Shown here: positions 23,064 through 35,208 of the stretch, piece by piece | Numbering within the stretch: position 1 is the first letter of the stretch | Layout of the letters: each line of letters starts with the position of its first letter | Origin: Terriglobia bacterium | GTDB lineage: Bacteria > Acidobacteriota > Terriglobia > 20CM-2-55-15 | Assembly: GCA_963664115.2 (NCBI GenBank) | Contig: CAXWPJ010000012.1 | Span: forward strand, 525,356-589,355 | Direction of reading: 5' to 3' | Length of the DNA: 64,000 bases | Notes under the pieces: model-generated | Database searches by the model: none | What the model was told of the DNA's origin: nothing | What the model saw: the letters and a program-made list of their open reading frames with translations, nothing else | Position numbers and translations under genes: made by a program

Positions 23064-23155
23064 TTTCTCAGGACTTGACCTCGCTTTTCGTTCCAGGTTC
23101 GGTGACCTAATGGATGGTGGCTCACTTGCGGTGGGCACTCATTCAGAAACAGCGG

Positions 23156-23317
23156 CTACTTCTTCTTAGCCCTCTTGACGGAGGGCCGCTTGGGAAAGCA
23201 CTGCCCATGGTAGACCTTGTCATCGGCAGCAGCCTGGTCTTCATTGGGTGAGATTCGAACGCGACAGTGTTGACACCAGACGCGAACGTCCGGGGTCGTC
23301 TCTTTCTTCGCTTTCAC
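23156..23317 (-). CDS. 53-aa basic protein with CxxC...HxxC putative Zn site (absent from ORF track)
   Basis: AGGAGG RBS, GTG start, sequence VKAKKETTPDVRVWCQHCRVRISPNEDQAAADDKVYHGQCFPKRPSVKRAKKK. It is the only ORF between two repeats. Confidence 0.6.
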   Translation of the reverse strand: MKAKKETTPDVRVWCQHCRVRISPNEDQAAADDKVYHGQCFPKRPSVKRAKKK

Positions 23318-23614
23318 CTCGACCTCCTGAGGGGGGCCACTTAACCCCCTGGTGGATTTCTCAAGGTCCGAGAAGATGATTTCTCAGGACTTGAGAATCA
23401 TTTTCACGGTTGAAGGCTCAGAGCCCTTTTGTCATTCGATAGCTTCATTCTCTCCCACTCTGAAATCTCTTCCCTCCCCGCACGGTCCGTTGCAATAATT
23501 ACGTCCTGTTGAACTGAAAGGTTGAATGGACTGAAGCGAGGAAGCATCTCAAGATCCTGAAGGATGATGTTGGGCTGACAATAACCATAGTAAGCTCAAC
23601 GATGAGAGGAGGAC

Positions 23615-24754
23615 ATGGTGGCCGCGTTCTGGAAATGGTTCCAATTGTTCTGGTGTTCCTTGATCAACACCCTCCGACTCTTTCTCGGTAGGCCCCCCTC
23701 GATGTCGTGTTGGTTGAAAAGCCATCCGAAGGTCGCAAACAGCATCAAATGGCAGTTCATGTTTCAAGGCTCGGCCTATGACATTCCTGAAACAGCCAAG
23801 CGGGCATGGCCGAACTGGTCTTCTCAAGAAAAGTCTCGGCTGATTACTGCCTTCAATGAGATGTGGCAGTGGATGAAGGCTCAGTCCGGAACTTTCTCGG
23901 CCGGCGGAGAAGGCATGGTTTACCCGCCTATCAACGTCAGGGATACTACGAACGATAACGGTTCTCCGTGGACCGGAGTCAGCCAGGATTACGCCTGGGA
24001 CCTGTTTGTTCGATGGATTGCACTTGAACTTGTCGTAGAAATCAGCAGCTACGTTTCCTGGTCGGTTACGGCCTATGACGAGGAGCAACTTCAAGTGCTG
24101 TTCGACAGCGTTGCGATCATGTCGCGGTTGTCAGATAACAGCTTCACGCTTGCTACCGGGAGTCCAGGGCACTCTAACTATGTCAAGCGCAAGGACAATC
24201 TCGGCACATCCCTAATCGCGCCGCCGCAGTATACTTACGCTTTTCTCGTCAATAGAAATATCGTCGGTGCTTCCCGGATAGAAACTATCGGGAATCTTCT
24301 GCAATGGGTCTCCGACAGTCTGGCCCACTATTACGGGGCCTTCGTGTACCAGGAGACCGAAAACCACTGGCAGTATCGGGGCATCCCTCCGATTACCCGT
24401 ATCATAGAGGGAACAACTAATCCTACTGTCGGTTCGGGCGGACAATTCGATCATTGGACCGCGGGTTGCCACGGCACGACCGGACTCATCCGCAACGTAT
24501 TGAGAGCGCTAAATATTCCGGTACACATCTCGACTGTGTGCGGTCACTCGCAGGCGTTCTTCATCACCGAAGGCCTTTACCTCGACCATGGTGATAACCC
24601 CTACAACATCACCTTCAAGAACACCGGCCAGCCGGCATCCGCTCTACTAATCGATCGCGGCACCTATGTCTCATGGTTTGGAACAAGCACCGACAATCGT
24701 AGCAATGGATGCGACAAGATCGGACATCAAGTAGACGTGCTGGCTGGAAATTGA
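23615..24754 (+). CDS. Hypothetical protein, possible transglutaminase-like Cys-His-Asp domain
   Basis: 379-aa ORF with RBS and the motif AGCHGTT..LRALNIP..GHS..LYLDHGD. Confidence 0.55.
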   Translation: MVAAFWKWFQLFWCSLINTLRLFLGRPPSMSCWLKSHPKVANSIKWQFMFQGSAYDIPETAKRAWPNWSSQEKSRLITAFNEMWQWMKAQSGTFSAGGEGMVYPPINVRDTTNDNGSPWTGVSQDYAWDLFVRWIALELVVEISSYVSWSVTAYDEEQLQVLFDSVAIMSRLSDNSFTLATGSPGHSNYVKRKDNLGTSLIAPPQYTYAFLVNRNIVGASRIETIGNLLQWVSDSLAHYYGAFVYQETENHWQYRGIPPITRIIEGTTNPTVGSGGQFDHWTAGCHGTTGLIRNVLRALNIPVHISTVCGHSQAFFITEGLYLDHGDNPYNITFKNTGQPASALLIDRGTYVSWFGTSTDNRSNGCDKIGHQVDVLAGN

Positions 24755-24986
24755 GGTCCTCAGACTCGTGGTCCGATTGTCGTTAAATCAAGTTTCTTCG
24801 CGCAAAGTGTCTGAGTCATCCGGAGTCTCTATTCCGTTGAACAACTAACCCGCGAAATCTCTTCCCTCGCCGCACGGTCCGTTGCAATAATTACGTCTTG
24901 TTGAAGGGAGGGAGAATATGGTCGAGGAAGAGTCTTCGGTCCCACAAGGTGGTGGGAGCATCAGGTGGACATAAAGAGAGCAGAGC

Positions 24987-25400
24987 GTGAATCTATTTCT
25001 AGCTTCTCCAAGTGCGATAGTAAGTCAGAGGTACGATCGTCTCACCATCGTCTGCTTTGGGATTGTTTGGGCAGTCTACGCTTACCTGCCGCACGTTGCG
25101 ACGCGCTTCCTACGTCCCGAGGAACAACCACCGCCCGGCGATATTAGGTGGTTATGGGCTCCCGCCTGTGCCGTTACTCTTATCTATATCTGTTTCCCTA
25201 TCATTCTCCGACTAGACAAACTTTGGAAGATATTCACTTTCATTTCAGTGGGCTTGGCAATGTATCTGGCCCACGTCGGCGTTGCAGGTTTCGGCATAAT
25301 CGATTTGTCATGGTTCGGGTTCTATTACGGCAGTCTCGGCATGATTCTGCTTCTTTGGAATTCCCCCGATAAACCAGACGATTCAGTTAGATTTGTTTAG
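24987..25400 (+). CDS. Small 4-TM membrane protein
   Basis: Four hydrophobic segments. Start codon uncertain. Confidence 0.5.
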   Translation: MNLFLASPSAIVSQRYDRLTIVCFGIVWAVYAYLPHVATRFLRPEEQPPPGDIRWLWAPACAVTLIYICFPIILRLDKLWKIFTFISVGLAMYLAHVGVAGFGIIDLSWFGFYYGSLGMILLLWNSPDKPDDSVRFV

Positions 25401-25748
25401 TTTGCAGGGCTGACAGCAACCAGCCGCAAATTCCGTCGCCCCCCTCAATTTTTGAGTCAGAAATTTTTTGAGTCCCGTACTTCGATAACTACTTTATGGA
25501 GGCTCAATCGTTTGGTTCCATCCGACACCCTTGTCGATTTTCCCGTCAGGTTTTTTTCCTACGGTTTTTTGCTTGGGTTTTTTTTGATTGAAACTACATA
25601 CACGTCGACGCTATCGAGGTGCTGTCATCAAGGGTTGATTCTCGCTTTTTGGTCGTCCCGACGGCTGAGTCTTGTGGTTGGATTCTGTCGTTGATCGAGA
25701 GAACGGAAATGTTTTGCATGAAAACGCATAGCATAAGCGTATGTAGAT

Positions 25749-26279
25749 ATGAAGTCGATGACGCGAACCGAATTTGAATCGATTGTGAGTGAACACCAGG
25801 CCATGGTCTACAGCATCGCTTACAATTTTTCCGGTGATGCCTCTGCGGCCGAGGAAATTGCACAAGAGGTGTTTCTACAATTGTTCAAAGTCAGCGACCA
25901 ACTCGGGACACTGGCACACGTGAAACACTGGCTTCGCCGTACTACGACCCACCGGTCGATTGACCAACTTCGGCGGAAGGGCCGTCGTGGCGAGGTGCCG
26001 ATGGACGCCCTTCCCGAAATATCGGTGCCCAACCGCGAACGCGACCCCCTGATCACCCAAAGGCTCCAGCGATTGGTTCGTGCGTTGCCCGAGAAGCCGC
26101 GGGCCGTCGTTCTTCTTCGTTACGGCGAAGATATGGATGTGGAAGAGATCGGAGAGATTCTGGAGATGCCTGTAGCGACAGTATGGAGCCATCTCAAGCG
26201 CAGCATTGCGATGCTGCGAGACAAATTCAGCCTCGACACGGAGGAGAAACATGAACGAGTTCGAACGGAATCTTCGTGA
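25749..26279 (+). CDS. ECF RNA polymerase sigma-70 factor
   Basis: AEEIAQEVFL region 2, and LPEKPRAVVLLRY..EEIGEILEMPVATV region 4. Confidence 0.9.
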   Translation: MKSMTRTEFESIVSEHQAMVYSIAYNFSGDASAAEEIAQEVFLQLFKVSDQLGTLAHVKHWLRRTTTHRSIDQLRRKGRRGEVPMDALPEISVPNRERDPLITQRLQRLVRALPEKPRAVVLLRYGEDMDVEEIGEILEMPVATVWSHLKRSIAMLRDKFSLDTEEKHERVRTESS

Positions 26280-26580
26280 CGCACTGGCGCGACGTTCCCC
26301 GAGGGAAGGTTTCACCGACAGGGTTCTGGACCAGGCCAAGCATTCCCGTTTGCAGCACAGTTCCCGTCGATGGGTCCGTTGGGCGGTCGCCGCTGCGGCG
26401 ATTCTGGTTCTGACCGCGGCTCTGTTGATCCGTTCTGATCGGATCGAACGTGCCCGTGGCCAGCAGGCTAAGGAAGAGGTGCTGCTGGCGCTGAGAGTGG
26501 TAGGTCGAACGCTGAACCAGGTAGAGGAACGCGTCCGGCAGGCCCAGCCCTTACGCGTCGGGCAACCGGACAACAACTAA
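26251..26580 (+). CDS. Single-TM anti-sigma factor
   Basis: Overlaps the sigma 3' end and shows P.GFTDRV followed by WAVAAAAILV TM segment. Confidence 0.75.
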   Translation: MNEFERNLRDALARRSPREGFTDRVLDQAKHSRLQHSSRRWVRWAVAAAAILVLTAALLIRSDRIERARGQQAKEEVLLALRVVGRTLNQVEERVRQAQPLRVGQPDNN

Positions 26581-26595
26581 AGTTGAGGAGGTTTC

Positions 26596-27192
26596 ATGCA
26601 CCCATTAATTCTGACTTGCATGCTTATCTTTGGTGTACCGCTTGGGGCACAGACGATCGACCTTTCGTCTCTGGAGGGCCTGAGGGAAAATGCGGATAAC
26701 GTCGTTTCGGTGAGTATCGGTCCGGAACTATTGGCGTTCGCAAACGCCTTCTTGTCCGATGAAGACGAGGAAGAGGCCGCGGCACTCCAAGTCACCGAGC
26801 GCCTTAAAGCCATCGGGGTTCGCGTTTTCGAGTTCAACGAGCCGGGGCAATACGACACTGAAGATCTCGACGCCGTCTGGAAACAGTTGGACGCTGACGG
26901 CTGGAATCGAATCGTTGAAATCGACCAAGAAGACTCCCAAACTGGTGTTTGGATGTACATGGAACCGGAAGTGGCAAGGGCCTCAGAAACGGTAGGTGGT
27001 ATGGCTGTATTGGTCGAGGAAGACGATAAAATCGTTCTAGTCAATATCGTTGGGTCCATCAGTCCCGCGGATCTCGCCGCTCTGGGTGCACAATTCGACT
27101 TGAACGACTTAGCTGATCTCGCTGATCTTGGGAACGACGATGAGGAAAATGATGAAGACGACGATGCTGATGGTGACAATGAGAATGATTGA
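26596..27192 (+). CDS. DUF4252-like periplasmic protein
   Basis: Signal peptide, IVLVNIVGSISP.DL..LG motif, and the usual position after a sigma/anti-sigma pair. Confidence 0.75.
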   Translation: MHPLILTCMLIFGVPLGAQTIDLSSLEGLRENADNVVSVSIGPELLAFANAFLSDEDEEEAAALQVTERLKAIGVRVFEFNEPGQYDTEDLDAVWKQLDADGWNRIVEIDQEDSQTGVWMYMEPEVARASETVGGMAVLVEEDDKIVLVNIVGSISPADLAALGAQFDLNDLADLADLGNDDEENDEDDDADGDNEND

Positions 27193-27352
27193 CGATTCTG
27201 TCGTTATATCTGGCAGGCAGGAACGCCGTACAACCTCGACTCTAAGTCGTAGGGTTTAGAGGACCACTCAACGGACTCGATGGTTCCTTCCAGAGAATGT
27301 GAATTCTCAACTTCCGACAAGATTTATCAGGACTTGAGAACTATTTTCACGA

Positions 27353-27646
27353 TCATCTCTTTGGAATTTCACGATTCAATTCTCTGAAAGTACCGCGGCG
27401 GTTTATCAAATCAATATCGGTCCACTGGCCGTCAATCTCAACGACAACCCTGCCTTGGGGACCACCTGTGCCCGACCCAAGTCTGGTGATCAGGATACCG
27501 GCCCGACCAGAGAGTGGTATCCAAGACTCTTCGCTGACACCCGGAGGCATCGCGGGTTCCGTTTGCGCCAGTGTGGCGCGTGCGGGGTTCAGCAAGACGA
27601 CAGCTACCAGTGCTACCATCAAAACAGCCAAGAAAAGAGATTTCAT
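27353..27646 (-). CDS. Small secreted hypothetical protein (single-gene unit between repeats)
   Basis: GGAGG RBS and signal peptide. Fills the 400-bp unit 27304-27704. Confidence 0.7.
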   Translation of the reverse strand: MKSLFLAVLMVALVAVVLLNPARATLAQTEPAMPPGVSEESWIPLSGRAGILITRLGSGTGGPQGRVVVEIDGQWTDIDLINRRGTFRELNREIPKR

Positions 27647-28176
27647 TGTTATCCTCCGTTGCTTGATTAAGCAGTTAGACAGCAGGGGGCAGGATCGGTT
27701 TAATTCTCAACGTCCGAGAAGATGATTTGTCAGGACTTGACCCAGGGGAATTAGGGAACCGGCACACGTTCCTTCAGTTCGGTGGCGCCGGCGATGGCCG
27801 TTTGGCGTGCCCTCATACGAAAACAACAACCATAACGGAGGCTCCGTCCCTTGAGACTCCGGCCACCCTCTATCCGTTCGGCCTCTGAATTTCCTCGTGC
27901 GGAATTCTTTCGAGCAATTTTTTCAACTTCAGTAAAGGGATCATGGCGAAGTTGAAAAGCCTCTACATTCGGTTGATGGCCTGCGAAAGAAAGTGCTTCC
28001 CGACCCGAAAAGACCCCCCCAAAAAAAACTGGACGAATTACAGATATTAGGGATATTGTTTCAATCACAAATAACAGAATCTTTCCAATGTACAAATTTC
28101 TGAACGTATTCCGGCCGGAATTACGTCCTGTTTGGTTCATAGGAGCGTCGACAAACGCGAGTCTAAGGAGGACCCT

Positions 28177-29809
<1,633 letters not shown>

Positions 29810-31299
29810 TGTAGCCCGTCAGAGCATTTCGCACAGAATCCGCTGAAAAACTAAGAGACACTTTTCTAATCAGAACGATCTGAAGGAGGATCGAATGAGT
29901 GAGAAAGTGTCGGCAGAGAATCGGGTACGGGAGATTCGTCGGAAGACGAGGAAGAAGTACTCGTCGGAAGAGAAAGTGCGGATTGTGTTGGAAGGACTGC
30001 GAGGTGAAGAGAGCATCGCAGCGCTGTGCCGACGCGAAGGGATTCCGTCAAATTTGTATTACCGGTGGAGCAAGGACTTCCTGGAGGCGGGGAAGAAACG
30101 GCTGGCTGGGGACACGAAGCGGGAAGCGACATCGAGCGAAGTCACTGAATTACGCCAGGAGAACGAACAGCTGAAGCAGGTGGTAGCTGAAATACTGCTA
30201 AAGAATCGTTTTCTGAAAAAAACGTTGAACGTAACGGACTCCGAGAGCATCGATATATGAGGCAATCGGGATCTGAGAAGCTGGAGACGATCCGAGTGGT
30301 GGAAGACTCGGAGTTGTCGGTGACAGCGACCCTCCGGGAGCTGGGCGTCCCCCGCAGCACGTTCTACGGTTGGTATCGACGATACAAAGAGCGTGGCGCA
30401 GCCGGCTTGTTAGATCGGCATTCCGGCCCCGGCTTCTGCTGGAACCGGATTCCGGGACCGGTGCGGGAACAGGTGGTCGAAACCGCGTTGAACCACCCGG
30501 AAGCCTCACCGCGGGAACTGGCCTGGCAGATCACCGACACCCAGGACTACTTCATCTCCGAATCCAGCGTGTATCGGATTCTGAAGAGATGCGACCTGAT
30601 CACCAGTCCCGCATACATCGTGATGACGGCCAGCGATCACTTCCAGCAGCCAACCCGGCGTGTGAACGAACTCTGGCAAACTGATTTCACTTACTTCAGG
30701 GTCGTCGGTTGGGGTTGGTACTACCTGTCGACCGTGCTGGACGATTACTCTCGCTACATCATCGCCTGGAAGCTCTTTCAAACCATGGCCGCATCTGACG
30801 TTCAGGACACGCTGGACGTTGCACTACAGGCGACAGATGTCGGACAAGTACAAGTCCGGCACCGACCGCGATTGTTGAGCGACAACGGCCCCTGCTACGT
30901 ATCGCACGAACTCAAAGACTATTTACAACGTCGTGGTATGGAACACACCCGGGGTGCGCCCTATCACCCGATGACACAGGGCAAGATCGAACGCTATCAC
31001 CGTTCGATGAAGAACGTGGTCAAGTTGGAACACTACTATTATCCGTGGGAACTTGAGCAGGCGATCGCGCAATGGGTCGAACACTACAACCACCATCGGT
31101 ATCACGAATCTCTGAACAACGTGACACCGGCTGACGTGTTCTTCGGGAGGGATCAGCAGATCCTTGCACGTCGTGACCAGATCAAAAGAAAAACGCTGGC
31201 TCGACGCAAAATCGAGAACCTTAGGATTGGAGTGGTATAACTTCAAAACCGTCTCTTAGCTAAATGGTCTTTTTGTCCGAATTATTCTGACGACGTACA
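29810..31299 (+). mobile_element. IS3-like element, full copy with variant orfA allele
   Basis: 1490 bp with the same ends as the other copies. Confidence 0.95.
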
Positions 31300-32673
31300 C
31301 ACGTGAGTGTGAACAAAAAGGAGTCCGAGATGAAGAATAAGACGATTGCAGTCGATCTGGCAAAGAATGTTTTTCAAATTGGTGTTTCAGATCGCCCCGG
31401 GCATGTAGAGAAAACCTATCGTTTAAGTCGGGCAAAGTTTCTGGGGTTCTTTGCGAACCAGGAGCTGGCGACCGTGGTGATGGAAGCCTGCGGATCCGCC
31501 CATTACTGGGGCCGGAAGATCCGGGAACTGGGACACACGGTCGTTCTGATCTCGCCGCAGTATGTGACGCCCTACGTCAGGCGCAACAAGACCGACCGTA
31601 CGGATGTGAAGGGATTGTTGGAAGCCTATCGCGACAGCGATATTCATCCGGTCCCGATCAAGACGCTGGCCCAACAGCAACTGACCTCATTGCATCGAAT
31701 CCGTTCGGCGTGGATGCGAACCCGAACCGCACGGATCAATACGGTGCGGGGGTTGTTACGGGAGTTTGGCTACGTGATCCCGACCGGAGCGGATCATCTG
31801 GTGCCGGGGGTAATGGAGCTGATCGAAGATGCAGATGTCGTCATCCCCAGTGTCGTTCGGGAGATGTTTCACCAGGTGTGTGGCGAGATCCGTGAATTGG
31901 AATCTCGCATGCGATCGGTGGAACAAGAGTTGAAGACGCTGGCTCGGCAGATGCCTGAGGTCGCGCGTCTGACGTCGATTCCCGGCATCGGCCTGTTAAC
32001 GGCAACGGCAATGGTGGGGTTTGTTGAAAACATCAAACGATTCCGAACGTCCCGCCATTTTGCCAGTTATCTGGGACTCACACCCCGGGAACATTCCAGT
32101 GGCAACCAGCGACGCATGGGCCGGATCAGTAAGCAAGGCGATCGTTACCTCCGGATGCTGTTGGTTCATGGGGGCCGTTCCCTGTTGTGGAGTGCCCATC
32201 GAGAGGGCGCCACACCGACACCTCTCCAGCAATGGGGTCTCCAGAAACACGAGTTCCGCGGACACAACAAGGCAATCGTTGCACTGGCCAACAAGTTGGC
32301 GCGTCGCGTGTGGGCGGTTTGGAACCGTGACTGTGACCATCAGGCCCGGTATCAGGCGGCCTGACCCGGAACAGTCGGAATATCTTTTCAGCGAGCTGCG
32401 ATGAGGTTCGAGATGATGGCGTACCGGTCAGACCGGCGCGGGGCAACGCCGACAAGTCCTTTGGCCCTTAGAGGCCGTTATTTTATCGGTTGGCTCCCCG
32501 CGCGCAAATTTCCATCATGGCCCGGAACAATACAGTTCCACTTTTGAGGCCGAAGATACGGGTGCAGTCGACTAGCTACTCACCTCGTAACTTCTAGTCA
32601 GTCCTGCTGAATGCATTTTGCCGAAGAAAGCTGACGGGAGAGCTGCGCCTACTTGACAGAGGAGTCCAGATAC
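31300..32673 (+). mobile_element. IS110 family, IS1111 group (transposase 31330-32364), left end lost, inserted in a 40-bp repeat
   Basis: IAVDLAK/VMEACG/KTDRTD RuvC-like motifs, SIPGIG and GLTPREHSSG motifs, long 3' non-coding end finishing TTGACAGAGGAGTCCAGATA, joined to CAGGACTTGA. Confidence 0.9.
32390..32575 (+). ncRNA. Putative bridge/seek RNA of the IS1111 element
   Basis: Structured 3' non-coding region. CAAGTCCT (32453) and TTTATC (32482) match the target repeat, and AGATAC (32554) matches the IS end. Boundaries are approximate. Confidence 0.65.
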
Positions 32674-32744
32674 AGGACTTGAGCGGTTAGATCATCTACC
32701 GTGCGGACTGACTTCCCGTAGTCCAGTTCTAGGAATTGTCTCGG

Positions 32745-33654
32745 TCACGACTCTATCGCGAAGTCCATCCCCAATAAGCTCTCGCGCAGGAGAGCAGTGT
32801 CGCCAATATCATCGCCATATAGGACACCAATGACGGCGGCGTGGAGAGCACGAAATCGCGCCATGATTTGGATCGGCTTTTCGACCGCTCCATAGCTATC
32901 CCAAAATACTTCGCGACCCTCGGGTGGCAGAAAACCGAACGCAATAGCCAAATCCATACTGGGGCTTCCTAGGTGGATGTCGCCCCAGTCAATCACGCCG
33001 CTTGGCAGTCCAAAGTTGTCCACAAGGATATGCTCCGCTGAAAAATCGCCGTGTGACAATGTGTTCAACCGCGGTTGAAAGTCCGATGACATCTGTTCAA
33101 CGATCCGTTCCCAAGGTGAAACGTCAGCAACCAATCCCTTTCCTCGAATCGTCAGAAGACTTGAGAGCAACTGTGGAATACGTTTTCCCATGTCAGCTCG
33201 GCCAAATTTATCTCCCGGAATTTCCAGATCTCCCGGATCAATGGCATGTAGAGTTGCTAAGAAATTCGCTAAGGGAGCAGCAAGTTCCTTCCTCTGCTCT
33301 CGCGTCAATCCAACACTCAGTGCCGTGGTGCCTGGAAGAAAGCGATAGCCCGCAAACGGCCAATCATACTCTTGTGTTGGCTTACCAACCCATCTTGGTA
33401 CTGGGATAGGGAAAGGCAACTGAGCTGCAATTCGAGGAAGGACGCGAGTTTCCGTCTGCAGCAGTTCCACCGCTATCTCTCGGCGAGGAAACCGGAAAAC
33501 CCAAGTCCTGTTCACTACGTAGGCCGTATTGTCCCAACCCTCACCTAGAAGTTGGATATGCGCAGGTCGAAGCTCCGGGAATTGGCTTTCGATCAGACGA
33601 ACGGCCGCATCTGGCATCACGATATGCTCAGGTAGCCAAGGTTTACCGGTAGGC
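32745..33654 (-). CDS. Aminoglycoside phosphotransferase (APH)-family kinase
   Basis: LGEGWDN..VFRFPR, HGDFSAEHIL and GVIDWGD motifs. Start uncertain. Single-gene unit between repeats. Confidence 0.88.
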
Positions 33655-33775
33655 ATTACTGAAGAGAGTACCAGTCTGGAGTTCAACGTCCGAGAAGATG
33701 ATTTCTCGGGACTTGAGAATCATTTTCAAGGTCGGCAAATGGATTCGGCCAGATCAATCCGCCCCTTCCTGTTGG

Positions 33776-34012
33776 TCAAAACCCTTGAGCAGATCCTTGA
33801 AACTTTTTCAGACGTTCAGCGAGGCTGAGCGAATGGTCCGCACACAGGAAGTATCCTTGATTGATAACCTCAGCTCGGTGGCTGGGTTCCTCGCTCGAAG
33901 GAACGAAAGCGACATCACAGCAGATGGGCTTGTCGCAATCTGAGCAGACGACCGTATTGTCACGGAGACGTGTTTCCTCCCCACGGGAAGAGCAATGGCA
34001 GTAACGGTCCAT
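33776..34012 (-). CDS. Small Cys-rich hypothetical protein
   Basis: MDRYCHC...CSDCDKPICC...LCADH. Only ORF between repeats 33680 and 34343. Confidence 0.4.
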   Translation of the reverse strand: MDRYCHCSSRGEETRLRDNTVVCSDCDKPICCDVAFVPSSEEPSHRAEVINQGYFLCADHSLSLAERLKKFQGSAQGF

Positions 34013-34459
34013 TTCTTGGACTCCGATATTGCATATTGCTGTCCATGATCGAATTGAACCGTAACCGCTTGATATCGTGAGTGATCCTGCATTAGTAGGT
34101 GGCGGGCACATAGTCATGGTTTTGACGAAATCGCAGGTATTCGTCAGGGCCGCAACATTTTGACTGAATCTGGCGCCTTAAAACTGGCCAAAACCGTGAC
34201 CCGGGCGGATGCTCGGCAGCGTGACGGCAGGACACGTCGCATTTTACTGTTTCAGTTGATGGACCGTGGCTTGGGCCTCGCACTTCCACAGTCGGAATTT
34301 TAGTTTCCTTCCGTCAAAGAACGAGAATTACCCTGAGTTCAATTCTCAAGGTCCGCGAAGATGATTTCTCGGAACTTGACCTCGGAAATCAGGGTACGGG
34401 CACCCGATCCTTCAGTTCTTCAAACCAGTTGAGGACGATGTTGATTTCGCCCGACTCAG

Positions 34460-34549
34460 AATCGAGAACCTTAGGGCTGGAGTGGTATAACTTGAAATCC
34501 GTCTCTTAGAAAGACAGCCCTTTTGTCCGAATTACTCTGACGACGTACA
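34460..34549 (+). mobile_element. Solo right end of the IS3-like element
   Basis: Diverged match ending CTGACGACGTACA. Confidence 0.8.
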
Positions 34550-34586
34550 AGCCTCCGAATCACCAAGCCGAACGTGGAGAACCGAA

Positions 34587-34983
34587 ATGAACGACCAATT
34601 TGTACCGACAGACGATTTTGCCGAAATCGAAGAAATCGCCAATAGCGACAATGACAGACCGGTCCTGATGGTTAACTTGAACAAATATTTCGGAGGAGAA
34701 TATCCAAACGGGACTATCTATAAAGATTACATGAAGGCATTGGATGTCTTGTTGGAACAACACCTTCGGTCGAAAATACTTTAGCGAACGCCAGTTTATG
34801 GCACACCCCTTGGCACACAGCCTTTAGATGAGATTCTCGGTATATGGTATCCGTCCCACAAGGCATTTCTTGCTCTAAAGGGTCAGGGAAAGGCTTCAGA
34901 AGAAAACTTCCGCTTGCGTAATTTGGCTGTGGAAAATGCCGTCGTTCATAGATGCCCAGAGGATGGTATTCCCAAGCCATAGT
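34587..34983 (+). pseudogene. DUF1330-like protein with premature TAG (34782-34784)
   Basis: PVLMVNLNKY and, after the stop, DEILGIWYPSHKAFL motifs in the same frame. Confidence 0.6.
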
Positions 34984-35208
34984 TAGCGAAAAGTTGAAGC
35001 GGTAGCCGCTGTCACGGTTGATAAAGGATTCGACGCCGCTAAACTTGACAAGGTGACGACTTGGGAATTGGATTACTGCCGCCTATCAAATTCTCAATGT
35101 CCGAGAAGATGATTTCTCGGGACTTGACACCGCCGTCATCGCAAGTGCCAAGCGTTGAAACGAAGAAATGCAGATAGGATGGTACGGTTTCTCAGCCGGA
35201 GCATCGCC

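Noticed and set aside
27751-28140. 129-aa ORF ending ELKERVPVP as a gene
   Set aside because: Only the last ~10 codons are kinase tail. The rest is the AT-rich upstream region of the divergent collagen-like gene.
32745-33654. APH-family and MBL-fold (45126) genes as antibiotic-resistance determinants
   Set aside because: Only superfamily motifs are visible and substrates cannot be assigned from the sequence.
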